Below, in pieces: positions 9,231 to 17,514 of a stretch of 64,000 bases of DNA (position 1 is its first letter; each line of letters starts with the position of its first letter). This stretch comes from Thermoplasmatota archaeon. GTDB lineage: Archaea; Thermoplasmatota; Thermoplasmata; UBA10834. The stretch covers positions 320,001 through 384,000 of the forward strand of contig JBFMHR010000002.1 of the NCBI GenBank assembly GCA_040751795.1. Reading direction: 5' to 3'. The notes under the pieces were generated by a model that was not told the DNA's origin, made no database searches, and saw only the letters and a program-made list of their open reading frames with translations. Position numbers and translations under genes: made by a program.

Positions 9231-10019
9231 ATGGTCGCCCACGTGAAGTGCAAGGCGGCCCTCTCCCCCTCCAAGCTGCCCGGCCTCGACTGGGCCCTGA
9301 ACCCCTACAGGGGGTGCTCCCACGGCTGCCTCTACTGCTACGTCCAGGACGTCACGGGCTTCGCCCTTGACAGGCCCTGGGGCTCCGCCGTCGAGGCGAA
9401 GGTCAACATAGCCCACCAGCTCAAGGCGCAGCTGGAGAGGGGCGTGGAGGGCGTCGTGGGCGTCGGGACCGTGACGGACCCGTACCAGCCCGCGGAGCAG
9501 GGGCTGGAGCTCACGAGGAACTGCCTCGTCCTGCTGAAGCGGTACGACGTCCGCATCAGCGTCCTCACCAAGTCGGACCTGGTCCTCAGGGACCTGGACC
9601 TGCTGAGGGGATGGGAGGGCGCCGAGGTCGGCGTCTCCATAGGGTGCCCGGACGACACCGCCGCCGCGAGGGTCGAGCCGGGGGCGCCGTCCCCGGGCAG
9701 GCGGTTCGCAGCGCTGGCCAAGCTGACGGAGGCGGGAGTGGACGCCTACCTGATGGCCGCACCGATAGTGCCTTCGGTGTCCGGCTCCGACGGGATGCTC
9801 AGGGGGCTCGTCCAGAGGGCGTCCGAGGCAGGCATCCGCAGGATCATGTGGGACGGCCTGAACCCGAAGCCTGTCGCCTCGAAGAGGATGGTAGCCGCGC
9901 TGCCCGCGCTCGAGGCGGACCTAGAGGTCGCGAGGTCAGGGACATGGTCCTCCCGGGTGCGCATCCGGCTCGCCGAGGAGTGCAGGTCGAGGAGCCTCAC
10001 GCTGGTCGACGCCTTCTGA
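9231..10019 (+). CDS. Radical SAM protein, spore photoproduct lyase-like family
   Basis: LNPYRGCSHGCLYCY (CxxxCxxC), TDPYQP, LTKSDL. ATG at 9231 follows the nre stop. Confidence 0.88.
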   Translation: MVAHVKCKAALSPSKLPGLDWALNPYRGCSHGCLYCYVQDVTGFALDRPWGSAVEAKVNIAHQLKAQLERGVEGVVGVGTVTDPYQPAEQGLELTRNCLVLLKRYDVRISVLTKSDLVLRDLDLLRGWEGAEVGVSIGCPDDTAAARVEPGAPSPGRRFAALAKLTEAGVDAYLMAAPIVPSVSGSDGMLRGLVQRASEAGIRRIMWDGLNPKPVASKRMVAALPALEADLEVARSGTWSSRVRIRLAEECRSRSLTLVDAF

Positions 10020-10087
10020 CGCTCGGGCGGAGTGCGCAATGATTATATAGAAGTCCTATCATATTCGGGGCCCGGAGGCATTGTGAA

Positions 10088-11740
10088 ATGATGGGCAACC
10101 AACCCATAATTGTACTCAAGGAAGGCACGGAGTCGACGAAGGGCAAGACCGCCCAGAGCAACAACATCATGGCGGCCAAGGCCGTCGCCGACGCCGTGAG
10201 GAGCACCCTCGGTCCGAAGGGCATGGACAAGATGCTCGTGGACAGCATGGGTGACATCGTCATCACGAACGACGGTGCGACGATCCTGAAGGAGCTGGAC
10301 ATCGAACACCCCGCGGCCAAGATGGTCGTCGAGATATCGAAGACGCAGGACAACGAGTGCGGCGACGGCACGACCTCCGCGGTCGTCATCGCCGGCGAGC
10401 TCCTGAAGAAGTCCGAGGCGCTCATAGACCAGAGCGTCCACCCGACCGTCATATCGAACGGGTTCAGGCTGGCGGCCGCCGAGGCCGTGAAGATACTGAA
10501 GGGCATCGGGATCGAGGTCAGCCCGACCGACAAGAAGTCCCTCAAGAAGGTCGCCATGACCGCCATGACCGGGAAGAGCGTCGGCGGGGAGCGCGACCTG
10601 CTCGCGGACATCGCGGTCGACGCGATATCGTCCATATCCGAGAAGCAGGACGGCAAGTACCTCGCCGACATAGACAACGTGCAGGTCGAGAAGAAGCACG
10701 GCGGCTCCGTCGCCGACACGAAGCTCATCAAGGGCATCATCCTGGACAAGGAGCGCACCCACCCGAGGATGCCTACGCTCGTGAAGGGCGCCAAGATAGC
10801 GCTCATCGACTCCGCCCTCGAGATCAAGAAGACCGAGGTCGAGGCGAAGATCCAGATCAGGGACCCGATGCAGATGCAGAGGTTCCTGGACGAGGAGGAG
10901 AAGACCCTCAAGGGCATGGTCGAGAAGGTCAAGAAGTCCGGCGCGAACGTCGTCATATGCGAGAAGGGCATAGACGACATGGCCCAGCACTACCTCGCGA
11001 AGGACGGCATATACGCCGTGCGCAGGGTCAAGAGGTCGGACATGGAGAAGCTCGCCAAGGCCACGGGCGGCAAGATCATAACGAACCTGGACGACCTCAA
11101 GGCGTCCGAGCTCGGCGCGGCCGAGGCGGTCGAGGAGCGGAAGATCTCCGACTCCGACATGACCTTCGTGACGGGCTGCAAGAACCCGAAGGCCGTGAGC
11201 ATACTGGTCAGGGGCGGCACCGAGCACGTCGTGGACGAGGTCGAGAGGGCCCTGCACGACGCGCTGAAGGTCGTCGCGGTCGCGGTCGAGGACGGCGTCG
11301 TAGTCCCGGGCGGGGGCGCGCCGGAGATGGAGGTCTCCCTCAGGCTCAGGGACTACGGACAGTCCGTGGGCGGCAGGGAGCAGCTCGCCATCGAGGCCTT
11401 CGCCGAGGCGCTGGAGATCATCCCGTGGACCCTCGCGGAGAACGCGGGCATGGACATGATCGACGTGCTCATCGAGCTCAAGAACTCGCACACGAAGAAG
11501 GCGGGCAAGAGCTTCGGCGTGAACGTCCTCGAGAACAGGGTCTCGGACATGCTGGACCAGAACGTCATCGAGCCGCTCAGGGTGAAGACCCAGGCCATCC
11601 AGTCCGCGACGGAGGTCGCGTCGATGGTCCTGAGGATCGACGACGTCATCGCCGCGAGGAAGCTCTCGCCGTCGGAGAAGATGCCTCCGGGCGGTGGCGG
11701 CGGGATGGGCGGCATGGGCGGAATGCCCGGCATGATGTGA
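10088..11740 (+). CDS. ths: Thermosome (group II chaperonin) subunit
   Basis: [26 protein letters not shown] and a GGM-rich tail. Confidence 0.97.
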   Translation: MMGNQPIIVLKEGTESTKGKTAQSNNIMAAKAVADAVRSTLGPKGMDKMLVDSMGDIVITNDGATILKELDIEHPAAKMVVEISKTQDNECGDGTTSAVVIAGELLKKSEALIDQSVHPTVISNGFRLAAAEAVKILKGIGIEVSPTDKKSLKKVAMTAMTGKSVGGERDLLADIAVDAISSISEKQDGKYLADIDNVQVEKKHGGSVADTKLIKGIILDKERTHPRMPTLVKGAKIALIDSALEIKKTEVEAKIQIRDPMQMQRFLDEEEKTLKGMVEKVKKSGANVVICEKGIDDMAQHYLAKDGIYAVRRVKRSDMEKLAKATGGKIITNLDDLKASELGAAEAVEERKISDSDMTFVTGCKNPKAVSILVRGGTEHVVDEVERALHDALKVVAVAVEDGVVVPGGGAPEMEVSLRLRDYGQSVGGREQLAIEAFAEALEIIPWTLAENAGMDMIDVLIELKNSHTKKAGKSFGVNVLENRVSDMLDQNVIEPLRVKTQAIQSATEVASMVLRIDDVIAARKLSPSEKMPPGGGGGMGGMGGMPGMM

Positions 11741-11866
11741 GCCGCAAACCCTTACCTTCAATCCTTTACGGGGGCGCGGCCGCGCCCCTGCAACCCCTTC
11801 CCACTTTTCTCGGACGACACCTGCGGCAGCCCTCGCAAAGGTTCAGGTGACGCCCTCTCATCAGGG

Positions 11867-12463
11867 ATGCCGGGTAGTGGTACAGTGGAGGGAGTCGGGA
11901 CTTCGGATGGCGCGCTTTGGACAGGGCCATCATCGGCAGAAGTGCAGCGGAACGCAGAGGATGCCAAGGCGCTCAGGACGATGCTACTGATCATAGGCAT
12001 CATCATGCTGGTCGCCGGCCTGGCCACCTTGGCCCACGGGCTGGTCGATTTCTTCGAGTTCGTCGATTGGACTTCGTGGCCGATGGGCGACATTGAAAAG
12101 TTCATCGTCGCGCTGAGTGTCATAGATGTCGTGGACGGGACGGTGGGTGCGACCATGGGCCTGCTCCTGGTGATGCTCTCGTGGAGGCCCGCGGTCCTGT
12201 CCGTCAGAGCGCTCCTGTACCCCGCACTCGTCATCGGAGGGACATACATGGTGCTGTTCTGGGTGACAAGCCTCGCCTCGTCCATCGCCTACGTCGTGTA
12301 CCTCGGCGGACTTCGCGAACTGTCGCAATTCGTCACTCAACCTGCCTACCTGCTACCGGTGCTGGTGGGCGGGATAGTGCTCATCCGCGTGGGCATGCGG
12401 ACGTCTCCGAGGCCGCGGCAGGGCACGCAGGTGGTCCGCTCCCACCCCGGTTCGGGGCTGTAG
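11867..12463 (+). CDS. Hypothetical membrane protein
   Basis: About four hydrophobic helices; no family motif recognised. Confidence 0.6.
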   Translation: MPGSGTVEGVGTSDGALWTGPSSAEVQRNAEDAKALRTMLLIIGIIMLVAGLATLAHGLVDFFEFVDWTSWPMGDIEKFIVALSVIDVVDGTVGATMGLLLVMLSWRPAVLSVRALLYPALVIGGTYMVLFWVTSLASSIAYVVYLGGLRELSQFVTQPAYLLPVLVGGIVLIRVGMRTSPRPRQGTQVVRSHPGSGL

Positions 12464-12532
12464 GCACATCGGGGCATCCATGAGGCGCGCGGAGCGAGAG
12501 ATTTTCCACCGGGAACCCCATTACGCCCTCGG

Positions 12533-13249
12533 GTGGCGGGCTTGACCAAGGTCATAGTCGTGAGCGGGAGCGTCAGGATGGAGGAGAGCGAGGGGGCGGT
12601 CATCCTCGCCCCTTTCATAGAGGGGATGAGGGCCGCGGGGGCCACGGTCGAGCTGGTCTACGTGAAGCGCCTCAAGATTGCCCCGTGCATGGGCGACTTC
12701 CAGTGCTGGGACGAGAAGCCGGGCGTGTGCCGGATCAAGGACGACATGCAGGCCCTCTACCCAAGGCTGAAGGCGGCGGACATACTGGTCCTGGCAACCC
12801 CCGTCTACATACCGTTGCCCGGGGAGATGCAGAACTTCATGAACAGGCTCTGCCCGCTGATAGACCCGTACCTCATCAGGAGGGGTCCGAGGACGAGGGC
12901 CAGGCCCAACAAGGACGTGACGATCAAGAGGATAGCCCTCGTCTCGACCTGCGGATGGTGGGAGATGGGGAACTTCGGCACGGTCGCGCGGATAGTGAGG
13001 GAGATCTCGAAGGACATCGGGATCGAGTTCGCCGGCGCGGTCCTGCGCCCCCATGCGAGCCTGATGAAGCGGGGCGGCATGAAGGCGGAGGACGTGCTCA
13101 GGGCCGCGAGGAGGGCGGGGGAGGAGCTCGTGAGGAAGGGCATGATGTCCGAGCGCGTCCTAGATGCGGTCGCGCAACCTCTGATGTCCGAGCAGGAGTT
13201 CAGGCACAGGAGCCACGAGCGTCACGCGAGGATCAGGGCCGAGCTCTGA
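12533..13249 (+). CDS. Flavodoxin-fold / iron-sulfur flavoprotein-like protein
   Basis: VVSGSVR, PCMGDFQCW..PGVCRIKDDM, ADILVLATPVY. Confidence 0.82.
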   Translation: MAGLTKVIVVSGSVRMEESEGAVILAPFIEGMRAAGATVELVYVKRLKIAPCMGDFQCWDEKPGVCRIKDDMQALYPRLKAADILVLATPVYIPLPGEMQNFMNRLCPLIDPYLIRRGPRTRARPNKDVTIKRIALVSTCGWWEMGNFGTVARIVREISKDIGIEFAGAVLRPHASLMKRGGMKAEDVLRAARRAGEELVRKGMMSERVLDAVAQPLMSEQEFRHRSHERHARIRAEL

Positions 13250-13321
13250 GGGGATGCGGGGAGCGCGGCTGGGACGGGGCGCCCGTCATCGTTATCACCC
13301 CGTGTGCAGTATCCCCGTGTG

Positions 13322-13891
13322 ATGGTGAAGAAGAGATGTCCATGGGCGGAGTCGGACGACCCGCTGTACAGGGACTACCACGACAAGGAGTGGGGCGTCC
13401 CCTTGCACGACGACCGGCGGCTGTTCGAGCTCCTGGTGCTGGAGGGGGCCCAGGCGGGCCTGAGCTGGTCCACGGTCCTGCACAAGCGTGAGAACTACAG
13501 GCGGGCGTTCGCGGGCTTCGACCCGCGGAAGGTCGCCGCGTTCGACAGCAGGAAGGTGAGCAGACTGCTCGATGACCCCGGGATAATCCGCAACCGCCTG
13601 AAGATTGAGTCCGCGATATCCAACGCGAGGGCCTTCCTGGACGTCCAGAGGGAGTTCGGGGACTTCGATTCGTACGTCTGGTCGTTCGTGGGCGGCAAGC
13701 CCATCATCAACAGGCGGAAGAGCGCCCGTGAGATCCCGACCACCACCCCGGAGGCCGAGAGGATGAGCTCCGCGCTGGTCAAGAGGGGGTTCAGGTTCGT
13801 TGGTCCCACCATCTGCTACGCCTACATGCAATCCATGGGGATGGTCAACGACCATGTCGTCGACTGCTTCAGGCATTCGGAGCTCTCGTAG
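13322..13891 (+). CDS. tag: DNA-3-methyladenine glycosylase I
   Basis: RCPWA, YHDKEWG, LEGAQAGLSW, IIRNRLKI, NDHVVDC. Confidence 0.95.
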   Translation: MVKKRCPWAESDDPLYRDYHDKEWGVPLHDDRRLFELLVLEGAQAGLSWSTVLHKRENYRRAFAGFDPRKVAAFDSRKVSRLLDDPGIIRNRLKIESAISNARAFLDVQREFGDFDSYVWSFVGGKPIINRRKSAREIPTTTPEAERMSSALVKRGFRFVGPTICYAYMQSMGMVNDHVVDCFRHSELS

Positions 13892-14132
13892 AGCTGGGCG
13901 GAACCGCACTGCCCAGAGGCTTCCGTGGTGAAGAGAGCCGGATTCGGGCGGATCAGACTGACTGGCTCGCGGTCAAGGATTTCCGCCCAAGGAGAGTTCA
14001 TTGCCGAGGATACGAGAGATGGTCACCCCTCTTCCTTTCTCCGCTGGTGCGACTTCTTCGATGAATCGACTCCATGAATCTTCTTCAGGTCTAGTCATCC
14101 TCCTCCCCAATAGTCCCATCCTGTCTTTTGGG

Positions 14133-14594
14133 CTACGCCTTGCGTGGGAAGAACTTCCTGAACGGTAAGAGCAGGCCCACGAGACTCAAGATGCTAAACA
14201 ACACCAATGGTGGGAGCAATGAAGAGCGCGATTCGCTTGAATCAAGGGTCAGGCTGAGCGCTGCGAAACCTAAATAGAACGCTGGAACAAACCAGAAAGC
14301 ATACCACGCCCACCTTTCCGCCCGTCTATACGCAGTCGCGGAGATCACTGTGAGAAGGAAGGCGAAGCCAAGGTCAGACAGGCCTCCACTTCTAAAGTAG
14401 AAATCATACAGGGCGAAAAACATCGGATCCGACTCTTTCAGATCGTCTATTGATATGCCGGCAATACTCTCTACCAAAGCAGGGTCTGTGTTGTAACCCA
14501 ATGCATGGGGCACCGCAGATACTAGGATGATTGCCCCTAGAGCGGAGAAGATTATCCATGCATACTTCTCATAGATTTTCTCTTTGATTTCCAT
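14133..14594 (-). CDS. Hypothetical 4-TM membrane protein in an AT-richer segment
   Basis: Hydrophobic helices, GGAGG upstream of the ATG, atypical codon usage. Confidence 0.7.
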   Translation of the reverse strand: MEIKEKIYEKYAWIIFSALGAIILVSAVPHALGYNTDPALVESIAGISIDDLKESDPMFFALYDFYFRSGGLSDLGFAFLLTVISATAYRRAERWAWYAFWFVPAFYLGFAALSLTLDSSESRSSLLPPLVLFSILSLVGLLLPFRKFFPRKA

Positions 14595-14786
14595 CTTCCA
14601 ACCTCCTTGTCATAAGTGATTTCGAGCTGAACTCAGGGAAGAAAAAACTCGAGGATTCGAACCCTCTTCAAATCGTCGGTTCCGCTTTGCTCTGAAGATG
14701 GAATCGCCTTATCCTTCATATGGTCTTCTCATGTGGAAGAGCGTCCTTTTGCTGTTGAGACTTAACGTTTATTCGATGGAACGACC

Positions 14787-15326
14787 TTGATTCAGTCACG
14801 GCGAAGAAGAGCGAGCGCCCCAAGTAAGGGGGGGGGGGGGAGAAGGACGGCAACCAAGTCTCTACTGATCGTGCGTTCATATCATCACGGGAGTACTGAA
14901 AAGGTCGCCAAGGTTCTTGCCAGAGTCCTTGATGCACAGATACAGACGCCCGCGCAGATACGCCCTGAGGAGCTTCAAGAGTACACTATCATCGGCTTTG
15001 GCTCAGGGATCTATGATGCCAGACACCATCTAGATCTGCTTGACCTCGCAGACAGGCTCCCCCCAGTCGACAACAAGAAGGCGTTCATCTTCTCAACGAG
15101 TTCCATGGTCAATGAAGACAAAGTCGCGGAAGACCACTCTGCGCTGAGGGAGAAACTGCGATTGAAAGGGTACAAGATCGTTGATGAGTTCAGCTGCCGA
15201 GGTTTCAACACGAACAGCTTCCTGAGGCACTTTGGGGGTATGAACAAGGGGAGACCCAATGCTGAAGATCTCAAGCATGCGGAAGAGTTTGCTGTGAATC
15301 TGAAGCAGAGCATGGGCGCCACGTAG
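14787..15326 (+). CDS. Flavodoxin family protein (start uncertain)
   Basis: SYHHGSTEKVA, IGFGSGIY, FIFSTS, FSCRGF, GRPNAEDL. No ATG where the fold begins (~14853). Confidence 0.75.
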   Translation: MIQSRRRRASAPSKGGGGRRTATKSLLIVRSYHHGSTEKVAKVLARVLDAQIQTPAQIRPEELQEYTIIGFGSGIYDARHHLDLLDLADRLPPVDNKKAFIFSTSSMVNEDKVAEDHSALREKLRLKGYKIVDEFSCRGFNTNSFLRHFGGMNKGRPNAEDLKHAEEFAVNLKQSMGAT

Positions 15327-15426
15327 CTAGTCTCGAACATGAGAGATGCGATGCTGCGGAAGAGAGGCTATCGACTTTGAACTCTGAACACTGGCAACAT
15401 CGCCATTCCGCGGCCTTCGATTCCCC

Positions 15427-16422
15427 CTACCTCCGCCTCAGCTTCGGGTTGAAGATCTCGTCCAGGGCGTAGCCTATGAACGTGAACGCGAGCACGACGA
15501 GGACGATGCACAGCCCGGGCACGACTATCCAGACGTACTGCTCGTTGTAGATGGCGTTCTTCGTGTACGCGTCGTACAGTATGTTCCCCCACGTCACGAC
15601 CTTCGTCGGGGGCGGCCCCAGCGCGATGAAGCTCAGCGTGCTCTCCGACAGGATCGACAGCGCCACGGTGAGGATGGAGTTCGCGAACACCAGGGGGAAC
15701 ACGTTCGGGAAGATGTGCCTCGTGATTATGTGCCTGTCCGAGGCCCCGATCGAGCGCGCCCTCTCTATGAAAGCCCGCTCCTTGAGCGAGAGCACCTGCG
15801 CCCGGACGATCCTCGCCGTGCTGGACCAGCCCGTGATGCCTATGACGAACACGACCTTCATGATGCTCGGCCCCCCGGGCAGAAGGGTCGCGAGCACTAT
15901 CATGAGCACCAGCCAAGGCAGGACGAGGAAGACGTCCGTCACCCGCATCAGCACCTCGTCCTTCCAGCCCCCCCAGTATCCGCTGAATAGGCCGACGAGG
16001 GTCCCCAGCCCCATGGAGACCACCGTCGCGACGAGCCCGATCACCAGCGACACCCTCGTCCCGTAGACGGTCCTGCTCAGTATGTCCCTCTGGAGCTGGT
16101 CCGTGCCCATCCAGTGCTCCCAGGACGGGTCCTGGAGGACGCCGTCGTCGGTCGAGGCGAACGGGTCGTAGACCTCCTGCCACGGGTGGCCGGCCGCATC
16201 GGACATCAGCCCGAACAGCGCCACGAACTGGGGGGCGAACACGGCCATCACCACGAAGAAGAGGAGCATCACGAGCCCGGCCATCCCTAGGACGTTTCCC
16301 CTGAAGATCCTCCAGACCCCGAGGGACTTCTTCTCCGCGAGCCTGATCCTCTCCCTGGCGGGCTCGGACAGCGGCAGTCTGTCCAGGAACCCGGTGCGGC
16401 TCTTGCCGAGAGGGGAAGCCAT
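15427..16422 (-). CDS. dppC: Peptide ABC transporter permease (DppC/OppC)
   Basis: HWMGTDQLQRDILSR and EAA loop FIERARSIGAS. Confidence 0.92.
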   Translation of the reverse strand: MASPLGKSRTGFLDRLPLSEPARERIRLAEKKSLGVWRIFRGNVLGMAGLVMLLFFVVMAVFAPQFVALFGLMSDAAGHPWQEVYDPFASTDDGVLQDPSWEHWMGTDQLQRDILSRTVYGTRVSLVIGLVATVVSMGLGTLVGLFSGYWGGWKDEVLMRVTDVFLVLPWLVLMIVLATLLPGGPSIMKVVFVIGITGWSSTARIVRAQVLSLKERAFIERARSIGASDRHIITRHIFPNVFPLVFANSILTVALSILSESTLSFIALGPPPTKVVTWGNILYDAYTKNAIYNEQYVWIVVPGLCIVLVVLAFTFIGYALDEIFNPKLRRR

Positions 16423-16428
16423 GTCATC

Positions 16429-17424
16429 TCACCCCATCTTGACCCTCGGGTCAAGGTAGATCAACATCAGGTCCGCGAGGAGGTTGGCTATGATGACCGC
16501 GATGGCGATGATGAGGAAGGCGGCCTGCAGGAAGGGGTAGTCCTTCTGGTAGGTCGCCTGGACGGTGGCCCAGCCTATGCCCTTGTAGTTGAACACGATC
16601 TCCGTCTGGAACGCGCCGCCGACCACGAACGCCATGTCCATGGCGATGAGCGTCACCATGGGGAGCATCGCGTTCGGGACGGCGTGGTCCTTGAGCACCA
16701 TCGCCTCGGTGAGGCCCTTGGCCCTGGCGGTGGTGATGTACTCCTCGGTCATGACGTCGATGAGCGACCCCCTCATGATGATGGAGAACGCCGCGATGCT
16801 GCCTATGGTCAGGCTAGCCGCCGGCAGCACCAGGTGGTACAGGAGCGAGGAGAGGGTGTCGAACGTGAAGGGGGTGAGCTGGTCCCCTATCGGGAGCTGT
16901 CCGCCCTCCGGGAACCAGTTGAGCTCGAGGGCGAATATGACTATGAGCATCATGCTGAACCAGAACGTGGGCATCGCGTAGAAGAAGAGGGAGAACGCCA
17001 GCGAACCCGTGTCGAACAGGCCCCCGTGCTTCCACGCGGCGATTATCCCGATGAACATGCCGACGGCGATCATGAGCACGGACGAGGTCCCGACGAGTAT
17101 GAGCGTCCAAGTGAGCTCGTCCATTATGATGTCCATCACCGGCTCGTGGTAGTGGAACGAGTCCCCGAACTCGAGCATGAAGGTGTTCTTCAGGTAGGTG
17201 AAGAACTGAACGTACATGGGCTGGTCCAGGCCGAACTTCTCGATCTGGCTGTCTATGTACTCCTGGCTGATGCTCGGGTCCTGCGGTATGAGCATCCTGA
17301 TGGGGTTCCCGGGCATCACCCTGAATAGGAAGAAGTTGAGTATGAGGACGAGGAAGAGCGTCACGAGCGCGTTGACGCCCCTCCTCCCCATGATGCGCGC
17401 TATGCTCCTTGCCGTTGCCGTCAC
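16429..17424 (-). CDS. dppB: Peptide ABC transporter permease (DppB/OppB)
   Basis: FRVMPGNP, FGLDQP and EAA loop EYITTARAKGL. Confidence 0.92.
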   Translation of the reverse strand: MTATARSIARIMGRRGVNALVTLFLVLILNFFLFRVMPGNPIRMLIPQDPSISQEYIDSQIEKFGLDQPMYVQFFTYLKNTFMLEFGDSFHYHEPVMDIIMDELTWTLILVGTSSVLMIAVGMFIGIIAAWKHGGLFDTGSLAFSLFFYAMPTFWFSMMLIVIFALELNWFPEGGQLPIGDQLTPFTFDTLSSLLYHLVLPAASLTIGSIAAFSIIMRGSLIDVMTEEYITTARAKGLTEAMVLKDHAVPNAMLPMVTLIAMDMAFVVGGAFQTEIVFNYKGIGWATVQATYQKDYPFLQAAFLIIAIAVIIANLLADLMLIYLDPRVKMG

Positions 17425-17514
17425 CCCTGGTGGCCGCGGGCCGCGGCCGTCGGTCCCTGTCTGGCTCGCGTCGGTGAAAGGGCTGAAGGTGTTTGATGGG
17501 GTTTGGTGCCGCCC

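Noticed and set aside
14651-14666. tRNA T-arm-like fragment (GGTTCGAATCC on the minus strand) as an att remnant
   Set aside because: The stem is imperfect, there is no acceptor-stem continuation, and the flanks match neither tRNA in the window.
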